From NCBI RefSeq assembly GCF_001194135.2, contig NC_068986.1, positions 40,008,427 to 40,043,330 on the forward strand: a DNA stretch of 34,904 bases. The letters run 5' to 3'. The translations under genes and the position numbers were made by a program. Shown one piece after another: positions 12,413 to 22,785 of the stretch (position 1 is its first letter; the number at the start of each line of letters is the position of its first letter). The notes beneath the pieces are model-generated. The model worked only from the letters and a program-made list of their open reading frames with translations. It was not told where the DNA came from and did not search any database. The stretch comes from Octopus bimaculoides (lineage: Eukaryota).

Positions 12413-12420
12413 CCTTTCTC
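12297..12420. repeat. Compound (CT)n/(CTTT)n/(TCTA)n microsatellite
   Basis: Direct reading. Confidence 0.95.
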
Positions 12421-13474
12421 TGTACTATCTGTATTAACCTTGATGTAGTTTGAACTTTTAACAGACAATAGCTTGTCTGCATTTTGACGTTTGATCATCA
12501 AACTGCTTCATCGTATTTTAATTCCCATTTGAGAAAAATTAAGTAAATGGAGGGTACAGATCAGCAACATGTCCATCACGAGATTTAATCAGTTATAACA
12601 CACGGACGAAAGAATTCTGTCGTGTTAGTATTAATTTTGATGACCAACTTTATTTGTTATTCATGTTATTCATAGAGAGAATAGTATTCATGAAGACAAA
12701 TGCAACAAAATATTGAATTTACTGTACAAGGAGATAAAGAATCAGTTGTCTCGTGTTCGGTTTTCACAGGTTATTATTGTATGTATTCTCTTGAAGATTT
12801 AATCGAGTTTGAAAATAATAAAAAGGGATGTTAAAATCTTGCCAGATATCTTATAAAGAGAACCAAAGTGATAATCTGAATATTTAATATATAAAGGTCA
12901 AGTGTGAAATCTTCTCCAAAGAACAGTTGTGAAACGATGAGGTGTTTAATTCATTATTACGACAGCATAATTATTAAAATTGAATGACTTCTTTACTTCT
13001 CAAATGAATGAAGTATTTGACAGAGAATTCCCTTTGAGCAGAGAAATAAGACAGCAATGGTATGCCGATAATACAGTTTAACACTACTCCTCAATATTCA
13101 GTGATTTCACCAGAATACTTGGGTTGTGGTGTGATAGAGCGAGATGATTGTGTAATTAAAGATACTGGACCGCCAGTTGATGAGTTATAAGTTCAAATCT
13201 GTTGCAGGAACTCTTTTACGTTTGCATGAAGTTGACTGTAGAGGATTTTCTGTTCAGTCGGTTTGGAGAATATCAATAGCTATTGGAATAAGAGAAGAGC
13301 GAAAAGTAGCAGCGTGCATGATAGGAGAGACAACAGAAAATGAAGCTCTTGTTGGTTTTAGAGCAATGTTCCGCAACCTTTCTTCCCTTGCAGTACACAT
13401 ATTCTATTCAAAATTCGGGGATACACCTGAATTAGAAATATAGCTAAAAGTATAGGGAAAAATTATATTCAGGT

Positions 13475-13545
13475 TACACTGCGGCACACCTAACATCGTC
13501 TCCTGGCACACCAGTGTGCCGCGGCATACTGGTTGCAGAACAGTG
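13475..13545 (+). mobile_element. Orphan right end of a hAT-Charlie-type non-autonomous element
   Basis: gtgtgccgcggcatactggttgcagaacagtg resembles Charlie/Buster ends (..ggttgagaaacactg). Internal ggcacac/gtgtgcc inverted repeat. Confidence 0.55.
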
Positions 13546-14444
13546 TTATAGAACAAAAAAAAGAGGAATTAAGCTGGAAGCCAGAAGGAGATTATGAGCA
13601 GTGGTTTAATCACATTGCTGACCAATGGTCCGAGGTTGAAACATCCAATGATCGTTGGATACCCTCTGAAGACATCAATTCCCTTTCGTGAAAGTTACAC
13701 TCATCGAAGGTGAATGAAGGAGAAACCTCTTCTCTTATATGTGATCAATATCTTCTGACCAATTCACTCAATCATATATCAGATTAATGTGGTTCAGTCA
13801 CAGACCAGAGTCCCCCAGTTTGCTTACCCATTAAACTTAGATTTTGGTTCTGATTAAAAGCTGCCTGTAATAGTTTATGGTATATGTAACTAGCTATATT
13901 CCAAGCGTAGCATATTCAGCATTCTTTGCCGGATACCTTCTTCGGTCACGAGAGATTCTCGTTTCACAGTTGTTGTTGTTGTTGTGGTGGTGGTGGTGGT
14001 GGTGTAAGGACCTGCATCGATCCTGAATAAGTAGTCCTGTGGCAAACTCGTGGTCATGCAAACGATGAAACGACGTGGTGCGACCTCAAAATCCATCTTC
14101 CCAGTTATACTACGCTTCGGTCTTTGTTAGTGACCGTAATGCACACACCGACATGCAGTGAGGAATCCTATGGAGAGCAGTGTGACAGCTCGGTCATATT
14201 AATTCCTGGTCAGCTGTGGCGGAAGAAATTTATGCGCGTGGAGGTGCATGGCTTAGTGGTTAGGGTAGTGTTTCTCAACGTGGGACGTGGAAAATTGGGG
14301 TGGGGTGTGCGTTAGCGTGGGTTGTGAAAATGTTTGCAAGTGACTTGAGCGCACACTTGTCGACCCTATCTTTGGGCATTGAAATGAAAAAAAGCATTGC
14401 CATGCAATATTTATACTGAAACCATGGGAATCGATGTAGCTACG

Positions 14445-14560
14445 ACCAATTAGCGTACCAAGTAAGGTATCTGCATTTGTTAGGCGTTTGTTTCTGTTTC
14501 AATATTTATTGTCTAGCGTCAAATATTTATAAAAGCAGCAGTCAACTCTGCTCACTACTG
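14445..14560 (+). promoter_or_regulatory. Putative transposase promoter (CCAAT, TATA, Inr-like)
   Basis: GACCAAT at ~14444-14450, TATAAAA at 14528-14534, CTCACT about 26 nt downstream, upstream of ATG 14719. Confidence 0.4.
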
Positions 14561-14633
14561 TTGATTGATGCTCACTACTGTTGATTGATGCTCACTACTG
14601 TTGATTGATGCTCACTACTGTTGATTGATGCTC
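14549..14633. repeat. Perfect 20-bp tandem repeat x4 (CTCACTACTGTTGATTGATG)
   Basis: Four identical units at 14551-14630. Confidence 0.98.
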
Positions 14634-14718
14634 TGAATCCCTTTCTTTCTATGCTGTGCAACAATCGTGATCTCCATCGCTTCATCGCTTTCTTGGATTT
14701 GTGTCAGCCCTTATTAAA

Positions 14719-16400
14719 ATGAGTAAACAAAGCAAGAAGACTTGTCAATATGCGGTGGAGTTTTTGAAGTTTGGGTTTATTCCTAACGAGCATGATGAGC
14801 GTAAACCGTTCTGCTTATTGTGTCATCAGAAAATGAATCAATGAGGGCAGGCAGGCTAAAAACGCACTTGAGGATAAGACATCCCAACAATTCTAATTCA
14901 GATTTGGATTACTTCAAATCACTGAAAGGAAATTTTGAAAATCGAACAGTACTCACTTCACTATGCGCTGCACAGCATGCGTTCCACATTCGTGCCCTCA
15001 AAGCCAGCTACGAAATTTCCCTGCTCATAACAAAGCATAGAAAGAATCACACTATTGGAAAGCAACTGATTAAACCAGATATCTCAATATTCTTAAAAAC
15101 TGTACAACAAAATGATGATAGATATGCCACTCAGTAATAACACTGTCTTCAACAGAATTGATGAAATAGGGCAAGATATTGAAAACCAGCTTACTGAGAC
15201 ATTAAAATCACGAAAATTCTCATTATAAATGGATGAATCCACATTTCGGGACAGTGAGGCCCTGTTATTGACTTATGTAAGGCTTTTCAGGAATAGATGT
15301 TGTTTTGCGAATCATTGGAAACAACCACAGCTGCAAAGGATATCCACAGCAAACTTAAACATTATTTGGATGCAAGCAAAATACCTAAAGAAAACTTACT
15401 GTCATGCGCGGCAGACGATGCACCTGCTATGATGAGCAAGAAAACGGGATGCTTAAAAATGATGGAGGATGAAGATCCAAACATGTTGATTGTCCATTGC
15501 GTCATACACCGAGAAAACCTGGTTGCCAAGAAACTTCCTCTGTTCTTAACGAGGTTCTACGAGCTGTGATCAAGTGTGTCAATAGCATTAAAGCAAATCC
15601 CAAAGCCGAACGTCTTTTTAAGCAGTTTTATGTAAATTAAAGTGCCGAGCATGTTCGATTATTGTTTCATACAGAAGTAAGGTAGCTATCAAGTGGAAAT
15701 AACTTTAAAAGGTTCATAGAATTATTTGATCAGCTTAACGACTTTTTCGGTGATAAATGTGAGATGAAAATGCTGTCAACAACGGATGGAAAAACGTTTG
15801 TCAATTATTTGACAGACATCTTTGAGAAACTTGGAAACTCGAATAAAGGTGCAAACATGATGCTTGCTGGTGCGAAAGCAAAGATTTTTTGATTCAATAC
15901 AGCCCTCGAAATATGCCAAAAAAAAAAAATGTTTCCAAAAGCAATTTCAGTCAGTTATACTAGGTGAGTAAATGTGAGATAACAAATGATGCTGCTACCG
16001 AAATTATTGACCATTTCAATATCTTAATAAAGGACTTCAACGACAGATTTTGTGATTTGAAGGCAATGAATTTTTCCTCTTGGTTAACTCAACCACTGTT
16101 GATTGACATTTCTGATGCCAGGAAGAATACCAAGAAGAGTTATCAGAATTGCGACATGATGAATCAGTGAAAACTTTGCTTAAATTGAAAGGTATAATTA
16201 TGTGGCTATGTGATGAGGTTGAAAGAAAATACCCCAACATCTCTACATCAGCAAGAGAACTATTGATTCATTTTCCTTCATCTTATTTGATCGAATGTGG
16301 ATTCAGTGCAGTTGACAATGTGCTAGAATCCAAGAGAAACTGGCTTGAAATTACAAAACGTGGCGATTTATGGCTGAAGTTAACGAAATTGTCTCCTCAA
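14719..16400 (+). pseudogene. hAT transposase pseudogene (ZBED5/SCAND3/Buster-like)
   Basis: BED-finger-like PFCLLC..LKTHL..H; ASYEISLLI..KNHTIG..LIKP; PLSNNTV.NRIDE; MDEST..SEALLLTYVR; HCVIHRENL; LLFHTEVR; FPSSYLIECGFSAV..KRGDL.LKLT. Many stops and frameshifts. Confidence 0.92.
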
Positions 16401-16429
16401 TGTATGTATGTATATATGTATGTATGTGT

Positions 16430-16790
16430 TTCATTATACAGTTTTATTTCAAGAAATCTTGATCATAGAGAATGAGCTGGTTCCTAACCTAGATCCAAGG
16501 CTCCTTCATAGGAATTTCAACAATACCAACTGGGTATTTTTGTATGTATGTATGCATGTATGTATATATGTATATGTGCAAATTTGTATGTTTTGTTTTA
16601 TGTATGTATGCTCATGCATATAGTTGCATATCTAGACATGCTCATATATAATTAAATGATAAACTTCTGGAAAGTTTTAGAGGTTTTTACAGGTCCAGTG
16701 ATGAATTGGATTTGTAGTCTTCGAATTGGCTTTCTCCTTTCTAATTTCTCAAGATTGGTATTTTGGCAGTGTGTTACATATATCAGATGT
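16430..16790 (-). mobile_element. RLE-type non-LTR retrotransposon family 2, C-terminus and 3' UTR
   Basis: YVTHCQNTNLEKL..RRLQIQFITGPVK..KTFQKFII* is homologous to 21175-21225. 3' end ..atctaggttag..cttgaaataaaactg is shared with 24340-24400. Confidence 0.78.
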
Positions 16791-17075
16791 ATGTATGTAT
16801 GTATGTATGTATGTATGTATGTATGTATGTATGTATGTATGTATGAATGCATGCATGTATATACGTATATATGTATGTAAGCATGCATTTATGTGTATAT
16901 GTAAGCATTCGTGTATGTATGTAAACAAGCATGCATGTATGTATGTATGTAAGCATGCATGTACGTATGTGTATATGTAAGCATTCATGTATGCATGTAT
17001 GTATGTGAGCATGCATGCATGTATGTATGTATGTATGTATGTATGTATGAATGTATGTATTTATGTATGTTTGTA
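16788..17075. repeat. (TATG)n and derived low-complexity array
   Basis: Direct reading; source of the spurious YVCM/HTYI ORFs. Confidence 0.95.
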
Positions 17076-18184
17076 TGTGGAGTGCGATTTGTGGTGGTTG
17101 CTATTTCTAGCAAATCGTGCAACCGTGTAGATGCCCCCATCCATCATCTCTAGGTTTCATATTTATATATGCAGGCTCTGCTATAACTACATGGAATATA
17201 TCTTTCTACTGAAAGTATTTTACAACAACGAGATCCCTGTGAATTTTGGTATTTCTAAAAAAAAAAAAACCTTCATAATCTCTAGGTTTTCTCTGAACAG
17301 CTCTTCAGTCTAAATTGGGATCATAGTAGCTATTAGTTCCTTCTTCCCCCTCTTCCTGTCTTGTATTATATGTGATAGGTGTCACATGTTTGGGGCTGGT
17401 TGTACAGGCATATCTCGTATCATCCTGTGTCGTTAAGATGTCGTTAAAGGTCGCTTATCTAAAATTAGATACAATCAATTAGTTTTTCTCCTTGACTAGA
17501 GTTTCGTTAATTATACTGCAGTAAACTTCGCACGTCTGTGGATCCTCTTTACCAAAATAGATTCCAAACTGCCAAATTTGTCCGTTTTGCTTCAGATGTA
17601 AGGGAAAATATTTAGTTTGCGGTAATCGACACTTTACATGTTACAATCTCCATGGTGATTTTCATAAGCAATTACTTCGTTGGCAACCACTAAAGATATA
17701 GAATCCATTACAGAGCATATCAGTTTGGTGAAGCTAATCTCTTTCCAAGCTATATTCAAGCGAGGAACTCTACCGCTACAAGCTAATCGAGCACACGATG
17801 ACTTTTACTACATGTTACGGTGTATTATACCAGCTTGTAGTACTTGTAAGCATGTAGGCTGTCTTGATTAAGGACACATTGAAATATCGATTATGGAATA
17901 TTATTCTCTAACACTTCGGCTCTAATTGTTTGGTGCGAAGTAAATTGTTTCCTGGATTCTTAGCCAGGAATCGAAATCTATGTCTAGATTTTTCTATTAG
18001 TTCCTTTCTATTGTTCTCATCGTTAGAACTTAGAAATGAGAGTCAACTGTCACACTTAGATCAGTTCTATTGCTTAAGTTAACGTTTGTACAAGAAATAT
18101 TAAATAATATTTTTCTAAATTAAAGCAAAAGTGCAACGAATAGCTTCTTAGATTCTTTGTCATGATTCGAATCTTAGCCTAGAT

Positions 18185-18417
18185 AAGGCAGCGAGCTGGC
18201 AGAATCGTTAGCATACCGGGCAAAATGCTTAGCGGTATTTCGTCTGCCGCTACGTTCTGAGTTCAAATTCCGCCGAGGTCGACTTTACCTTTCATCCTTT
18301 CGGGGTCGATAAATTAAGTACCAGTTACGCACTGAGGTCGATGTAATCGACTTAATCCCTTTGTCTGTCCTTGTTTGTCCCCTCTATGTTTAGCCCCTTG
18401 TGGGCAATAAAGAATAA
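18185..18417 (+). mobile_element. SINE family B, young copy with Tx1-like tail and 16-bp TSD
   Basis: A-box-like tggcagaatcgttag, B-box-like gagttcaaattcc. TSD gaatcttagcctagat (18169-18184) / gaatcttggcatagat (18418-18433), 14/16. Confidence 0.93.
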
Positions 18418-19068
18418 GAATCTTGGCATAGATTTTTCTACCAGACTCTTTCCTGTTGTTCTCGGCTTTTGCACTCGGAAATTTATAAGTGTCAACTGTA
18501 AACCTGTAACCTTTCGAGTCAAACTTTGGTCAGGGCAGATAGTGAGAAAAAATATAAATACGGAACCCAAATTCGGTTCTACTTCCTTTTGACTGGCACC
18601 TGGCCAAAGGAGTACTTCACGTATGGCCTATCATCTACACAACTTTCACCCTCTCTATTTGTCTAAATTCTCTTACTCTTTCTCTTTCTTTTTTCCATCC
18701 GGTCTTCTAGCAGTCGACAAAGGATGAACATAGCTACCTACAGAAAGAATAACAGAAAGACAAATAATCTATGTATAATAACAAATCGAAGAAGTTGTAT
18801 CTAACATTGTAACGATCAAATAAAAGGCCTTATCAACTAATTATTTTTCTTCCACTCATTTATTTGCTACATATAAATCGTCATAATTTTTGGTGACCCC
18901 TTGCAACATATCGTTACACATTCTTAAGTTTAAAATAGTTCAGCAGAGATAAACTCATTAAATTTCCATTGTTCTCCGACCTACATCCAACTTTCCAGCA
19001 GGTATAAATTCGAATCCACTCTGAATAATATTTTAAGGTCAGTTAGTTTTCGCTTTCGAACACAGCGC

Positions 19069-19069
<1 letters not shown>

Positions 19070-19148
<79 letters not shown>
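19070..19148. repeat. (CT)n microsatellite
   Basis: Perfect run. Confidence 0.98.
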
Positions 19149-19151
<3 letters not shown>

Positions 19152-19684
19152 GTCATTTTCTTCCTAGCACCGCAACCAACACAAATTCTACAAAAGTGCG
19201 CTAGCTTTCTCGAATCGCACTTTGTTCCTCATATCATAAATACATTAAAAAAAGATGGATGCCTAAGCCATCCATCTTTTCAAAAGCTCCATTAACTTGT
19301 AAATCCATTTCCTGATAATCATAATCGTGGTTTTTCATTAATATTTAAGGCTATAAAATTCTACAAATGTTTCTTTGAATCCTCTTAAGCCTTAGAACTG
19401 GACTCTTCTTTCTTATAAGACTCTATCTCAATCAAACGAAAGATTTCTCTTTATGATCTCTTGACCCGTAAAGCAAGTAAAGCTCTACCAAATTACACCT
19501 GTTATCTCAGAAAAGAAAGACAAAAAAGATAATGTAATCTTAATTACACTATACTTCGAGATAAAAGAATACCTACAACTGTGACGCCTTTGATTACAGG
19601 TCTGCTCAATTCGATCTAACTGTTGCTATGCAACAACAGTAACTATATTTCAATAGTAACCAGGTTTTGGGGGATTACATCTCA

Positions 19685-20130
19685 CTCAGTCATGCTCTTG
19701 CTCGATAGGGCTGGGATCATCCCAGATTAGTGATCCCAGTGGCGTCATCGTGCGTAGAGCCGACCAGGTCCACCAATGCACACCCCACCCCACCCGCCAT
19801 TGCTGGCGGTCCCATGCCAGCCTCTCTACATCGGCGGCATGCAAGGGTCCGTTCCAATGTTGAGCCCCCAGGTTTCTTCTGGTCGGTGTCCTAACAGGTT
19901 GAGGATTCTTCTGGGTGGGTTGTTGGCCCTCTGCAGAACAATTAGATGATAGGGCTGCCATCTTGACGACAAGCCGACGCACCGTGGGTCACCTTTAGTC
20001 TGGAACCTCCCCGGGAGACCGGATCGCCTAGGGTTGCCGTACCTAGAGCAAAACTCCGGACGGTAATGTTCTCTCGAATCTACGGAACACGCAAGGCATC
20101 TCGCCACAAGGTCAGACTCATCATGACTAC
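19685..20130 (-). mobile_element. RTE-clade LINE 3' end, decayed
   Basis: GC-rich block. Minus frames give LWRDALRVP..NPPRRIL..PVRTPTRRNL..AADVERLAWDRQQWRV, an RTE C-terminal pattern. Confidence 0.65.
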
Positions 20131-20364
20131 ATCTGGTTAAATTTATATGGTGCAGGGTCGAACTGTTAATAATCCTAATCATAATACCATTAATGTCTCT
20201 ACACCAAAAGTTTATGTTAAGAATCTGGAAAGATTGTCCATCAAGCTAGAAATTGATATTGAGCAGCAGAAGAGGGTGTCACAACTGTTCCATATTCGCT
20301 CCTATTAAACTAATCTATTATCAAAAGTGTTCCAGCCGTAATGATTCCGTATTTACTTTTTTCT

Positions 20365-20584
20365 TTTATTTGTTTCAGTCATTTAACTACGGCCATGCTG
20401 GGGCACCACCTTCAGGAATTTTACTTGAACTAATCGATCCCAATATTTATTTTCTTTTTAAGCTTCGTACGTATTCTATCACTCCTTTTGCCGAACTGCT
20501 AAGTTACAGGGACATAAACACAACAATACCGGTTGTCAAGCGGTAGTGGTAGACAAACATGGATGAAAGACACACACAAAGGTT

Positions 20585-20624
<40 letters not shown>

Positions 20625-20761
20625 AACATTCATACGGCGGGCTTCTTTCAGTTTCCGTCTACTAAATCCACTCACAGGGCTTTGGTTAGCCCGAGTCTAT
20701 AGTAGAAGACACTTGCTCAAGGTGCCACGCAGTGGGACTGAACCTGGAACCATGTGGTTAA
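20365..20761 (-). mobile_element. SINE family A, diverged, 5' end clipped, internal (TA)n
   Basis: Aligns to 32405-32790. Confidence 0.88.
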
Positions 20762-20819
20762 GATTTATTTTCTGATTTATTTTCTATCCAGTAGATTTAT
20801 TTTCTGATCTGTGTATCTA

Positions 20820-21240
20820 GGACGCGGTGCCGGCAAACTAATGACTCGCGTGACAGCAGTAACATACCGCGAGGACAAAGAAATAAAACCCCACAATATG
20901 GTAGAAGCCATAGCCACTCATAATGTAAAGGAATAATGGTGGAATATACCAGTGAAAACCTCAGTAAAATGTAAGTAACAACAGACCTGATATAATGATC
21001 TGGGATAGAGAAGAGAAACTGTGCACAGTAGTGGAAATTAACTGTCCAGCGGATGTTAAGATAAAGCTGAAGATCAGTGAAAAAGAGAACACCAATGCTG
21101 AACTATTGAGAAATCTGCAGTTACTCAATCCAGATTACAAGTTTAGGTTTATACCAGTAATTATTGGGGCACTGGGATATGTAACACATTGCCTAAATAC
21201 CAATCTTGAGAAATTAATCTTCTCAAAACCAGAAAGTGCA
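20820..21240 (+). mobile_element. RLE-type non-LTR retrotransposon family 2, endonuclease fragment
   Basis: NRPDIMIWDREEKLCTVVEINCPADV..KISEKEN..LLRNLQLLNPDYKFRFIPVIIGALGYV (PD..E..K RLE motif). Confidence 0.85.
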
Positions 21241-21393
21241 CAAGCACATGTTAAAAATTAATTCACACATCTTTATCTTGAGCCGCGCTTCTTCGTGTGC
21301 TTACACTACATTAATTCAAGCGCGGCAAGCCTTAGCACAAACCAGGAAATTATTATTTTTTGTTTTTATATATAAGAACAGAAGTTCTGGCCT

Positions 21394-21468
21394 AGTTCCA
21401 AATAGTCTCCTTCCAAATAGTCAAGGTCCAAATAGTCTAATTTCAAATGGTCTGATTCCAAATATTTA
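21394..21468. repeat. Degenerate 15-bp tandem repeat x5 (..TCCAAATAGTCT)
   Basis: Units agttccaaatagtct / ccttccaaatagtca / aggtccaaatagtct / aatttcaaatggtct / gattccaaatattta. Confidence 0.85.
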
Positions 21469-21658
21469 TTACTGAGGAGGTAAAATCACCCGGAAACACA
21501 GTGTCGAGTGGTCTTCTGACGTCATTTGGAACTTGGCTCGATGTGTTTTTGTACATATGGTCGACAGAGAAATTTTTTTCTCTGAGACTAAGCCCTGCCG
21601 CAAATGGCTTTCACGTCTTAGTAAACAGGAGCGTGTTAAATATAAATGCTCATCCGCT

Positions 21659-21673
21659 ACACACACACACACA

Positions 21674-21708
<35 letters not shown>

Positions 21709-21782
21709 ATCTATGTATGTATACATGCATGCACGTATGTGTGTGTGTATTTATATATGGACAAACAATTAGAATATACATA

Positions 21783-21835
<53 letters not shown>
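21659..21835. repeat. (CA)n and (TG)n microsatellites
   Basis: Direct reading. Confidence 0.95.
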
Positions 21836-21841
<6 letters not shown>

Positions 21842-22526
21842 AACCATTAGCCTATAAATCACCTTGGGACCAAAAAGAAAAAAAACAGGCTGCAGATTTG
21901 ACTCGTCACAAAGATTACTTACCTATCTATTCTCTCTAGCTTTCGACATTTCCGTTCGTTGTGAAATTCTCGTTTGAGTCTTTGTGTTATTTTGGTTGCC
22001 GCCACAGAGAAGTTTGTCGATTGAAAATACTAATGGAAGACTTCTAAAAATTCATCACGTGCAGACTGAATGGAGGTTGGCTGCAATCCCCATTGGAATT
22101 GCACCAGACATCCTCGCCATAGCTGTCTATAGTGGTGTTGGGTGGTGAAGTGTGGGGTGGTAAATGATCTGCTGAAGTGCTAATCGATATTAAATGTAAC
22201 ATACTTATAAGTTTGGTGGTGAAATATTATATTGCATGAAAGCAAACACTAACACACGCACACACAATCACGCAGAAAGTAACACTTACGGCATGTGTGT
22301 GCGAACATACACATACTCACATATCCCTAAAGAAGTGTTGAAAATACATTACATTCTAATCAGACATGCTTTATAATCAAATATCACAGACTACCAGAAA
22401 ATCCAAGCAAACTGAACTCAAGATCAACGGAGGAGCCTCTATGTCTCTATGTGGTCACTAGATTTGCTAAAAATGACAGCTATATCTCCCCTCCTCAAAT
22501 CACACTCTTCCGTTTTATATAAATAT

Positions 22527-22527
22527 G

Positions 22528-22590
<63 letters not shown>

Positions 22591-22730
22591 GTCTGTCTGT
22601 CTGTCTGTCTGTCTCTGTCTGTCTTTCTGTCTATCTATATATCTATCTATATATCTATTTATATATCTACCTACCTACCTACCTACCTATCTACCTACCT
22701 ACCTACCTACCTACCTACCTACCTACCTAC

Positions 22731-22762
<32 letters not shown>

Positions 22763-22775
22763 TTATCTATCTATG
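22527..22775. repeat. Compound (TCTA)n/(TCTG)n/(CCTA)n microsatellite
   Basis: Direct reading. Confidence 0.96.
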
Positions 22776-22785
22776 CATATAGTAT

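Larger units (their letters stand above)
14266..16400 (+). mobile_element. hAT Charlie/Buster-type DNA transposon, right end missing
   Basis: Left TIR (t/c)AGTGTTTCTCAAC at 14266-14279 followed by a transposase remnant. Truncated at the (TATG)n array at 16400. Confidence 0.88.

Noticed and set aside
13890-14096. Thr-rich ORF as a real protein
   Set aside because: Built on a (GTT)n(GGT)n repeat with no recognisable domain and only weak splice signals.
14551-14630. CRISPR-like direct repeats
   Set aside because: Units are contiguous with no spacers, and the context is eukaryotic; it is a simple VNTR.
16650-17153. YVCM/HTYI-rich ORFs (also 21500-21840, 22449-22970, 29171-30500, 34477-34893)
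   Set aside because: Translations of stop-free microsatellites.
18185-18265. tRNA gene
   Set aside because: A/B boxes are present but no cloverleaf or acceptor stem; it continues into a multi-copy SINE body.
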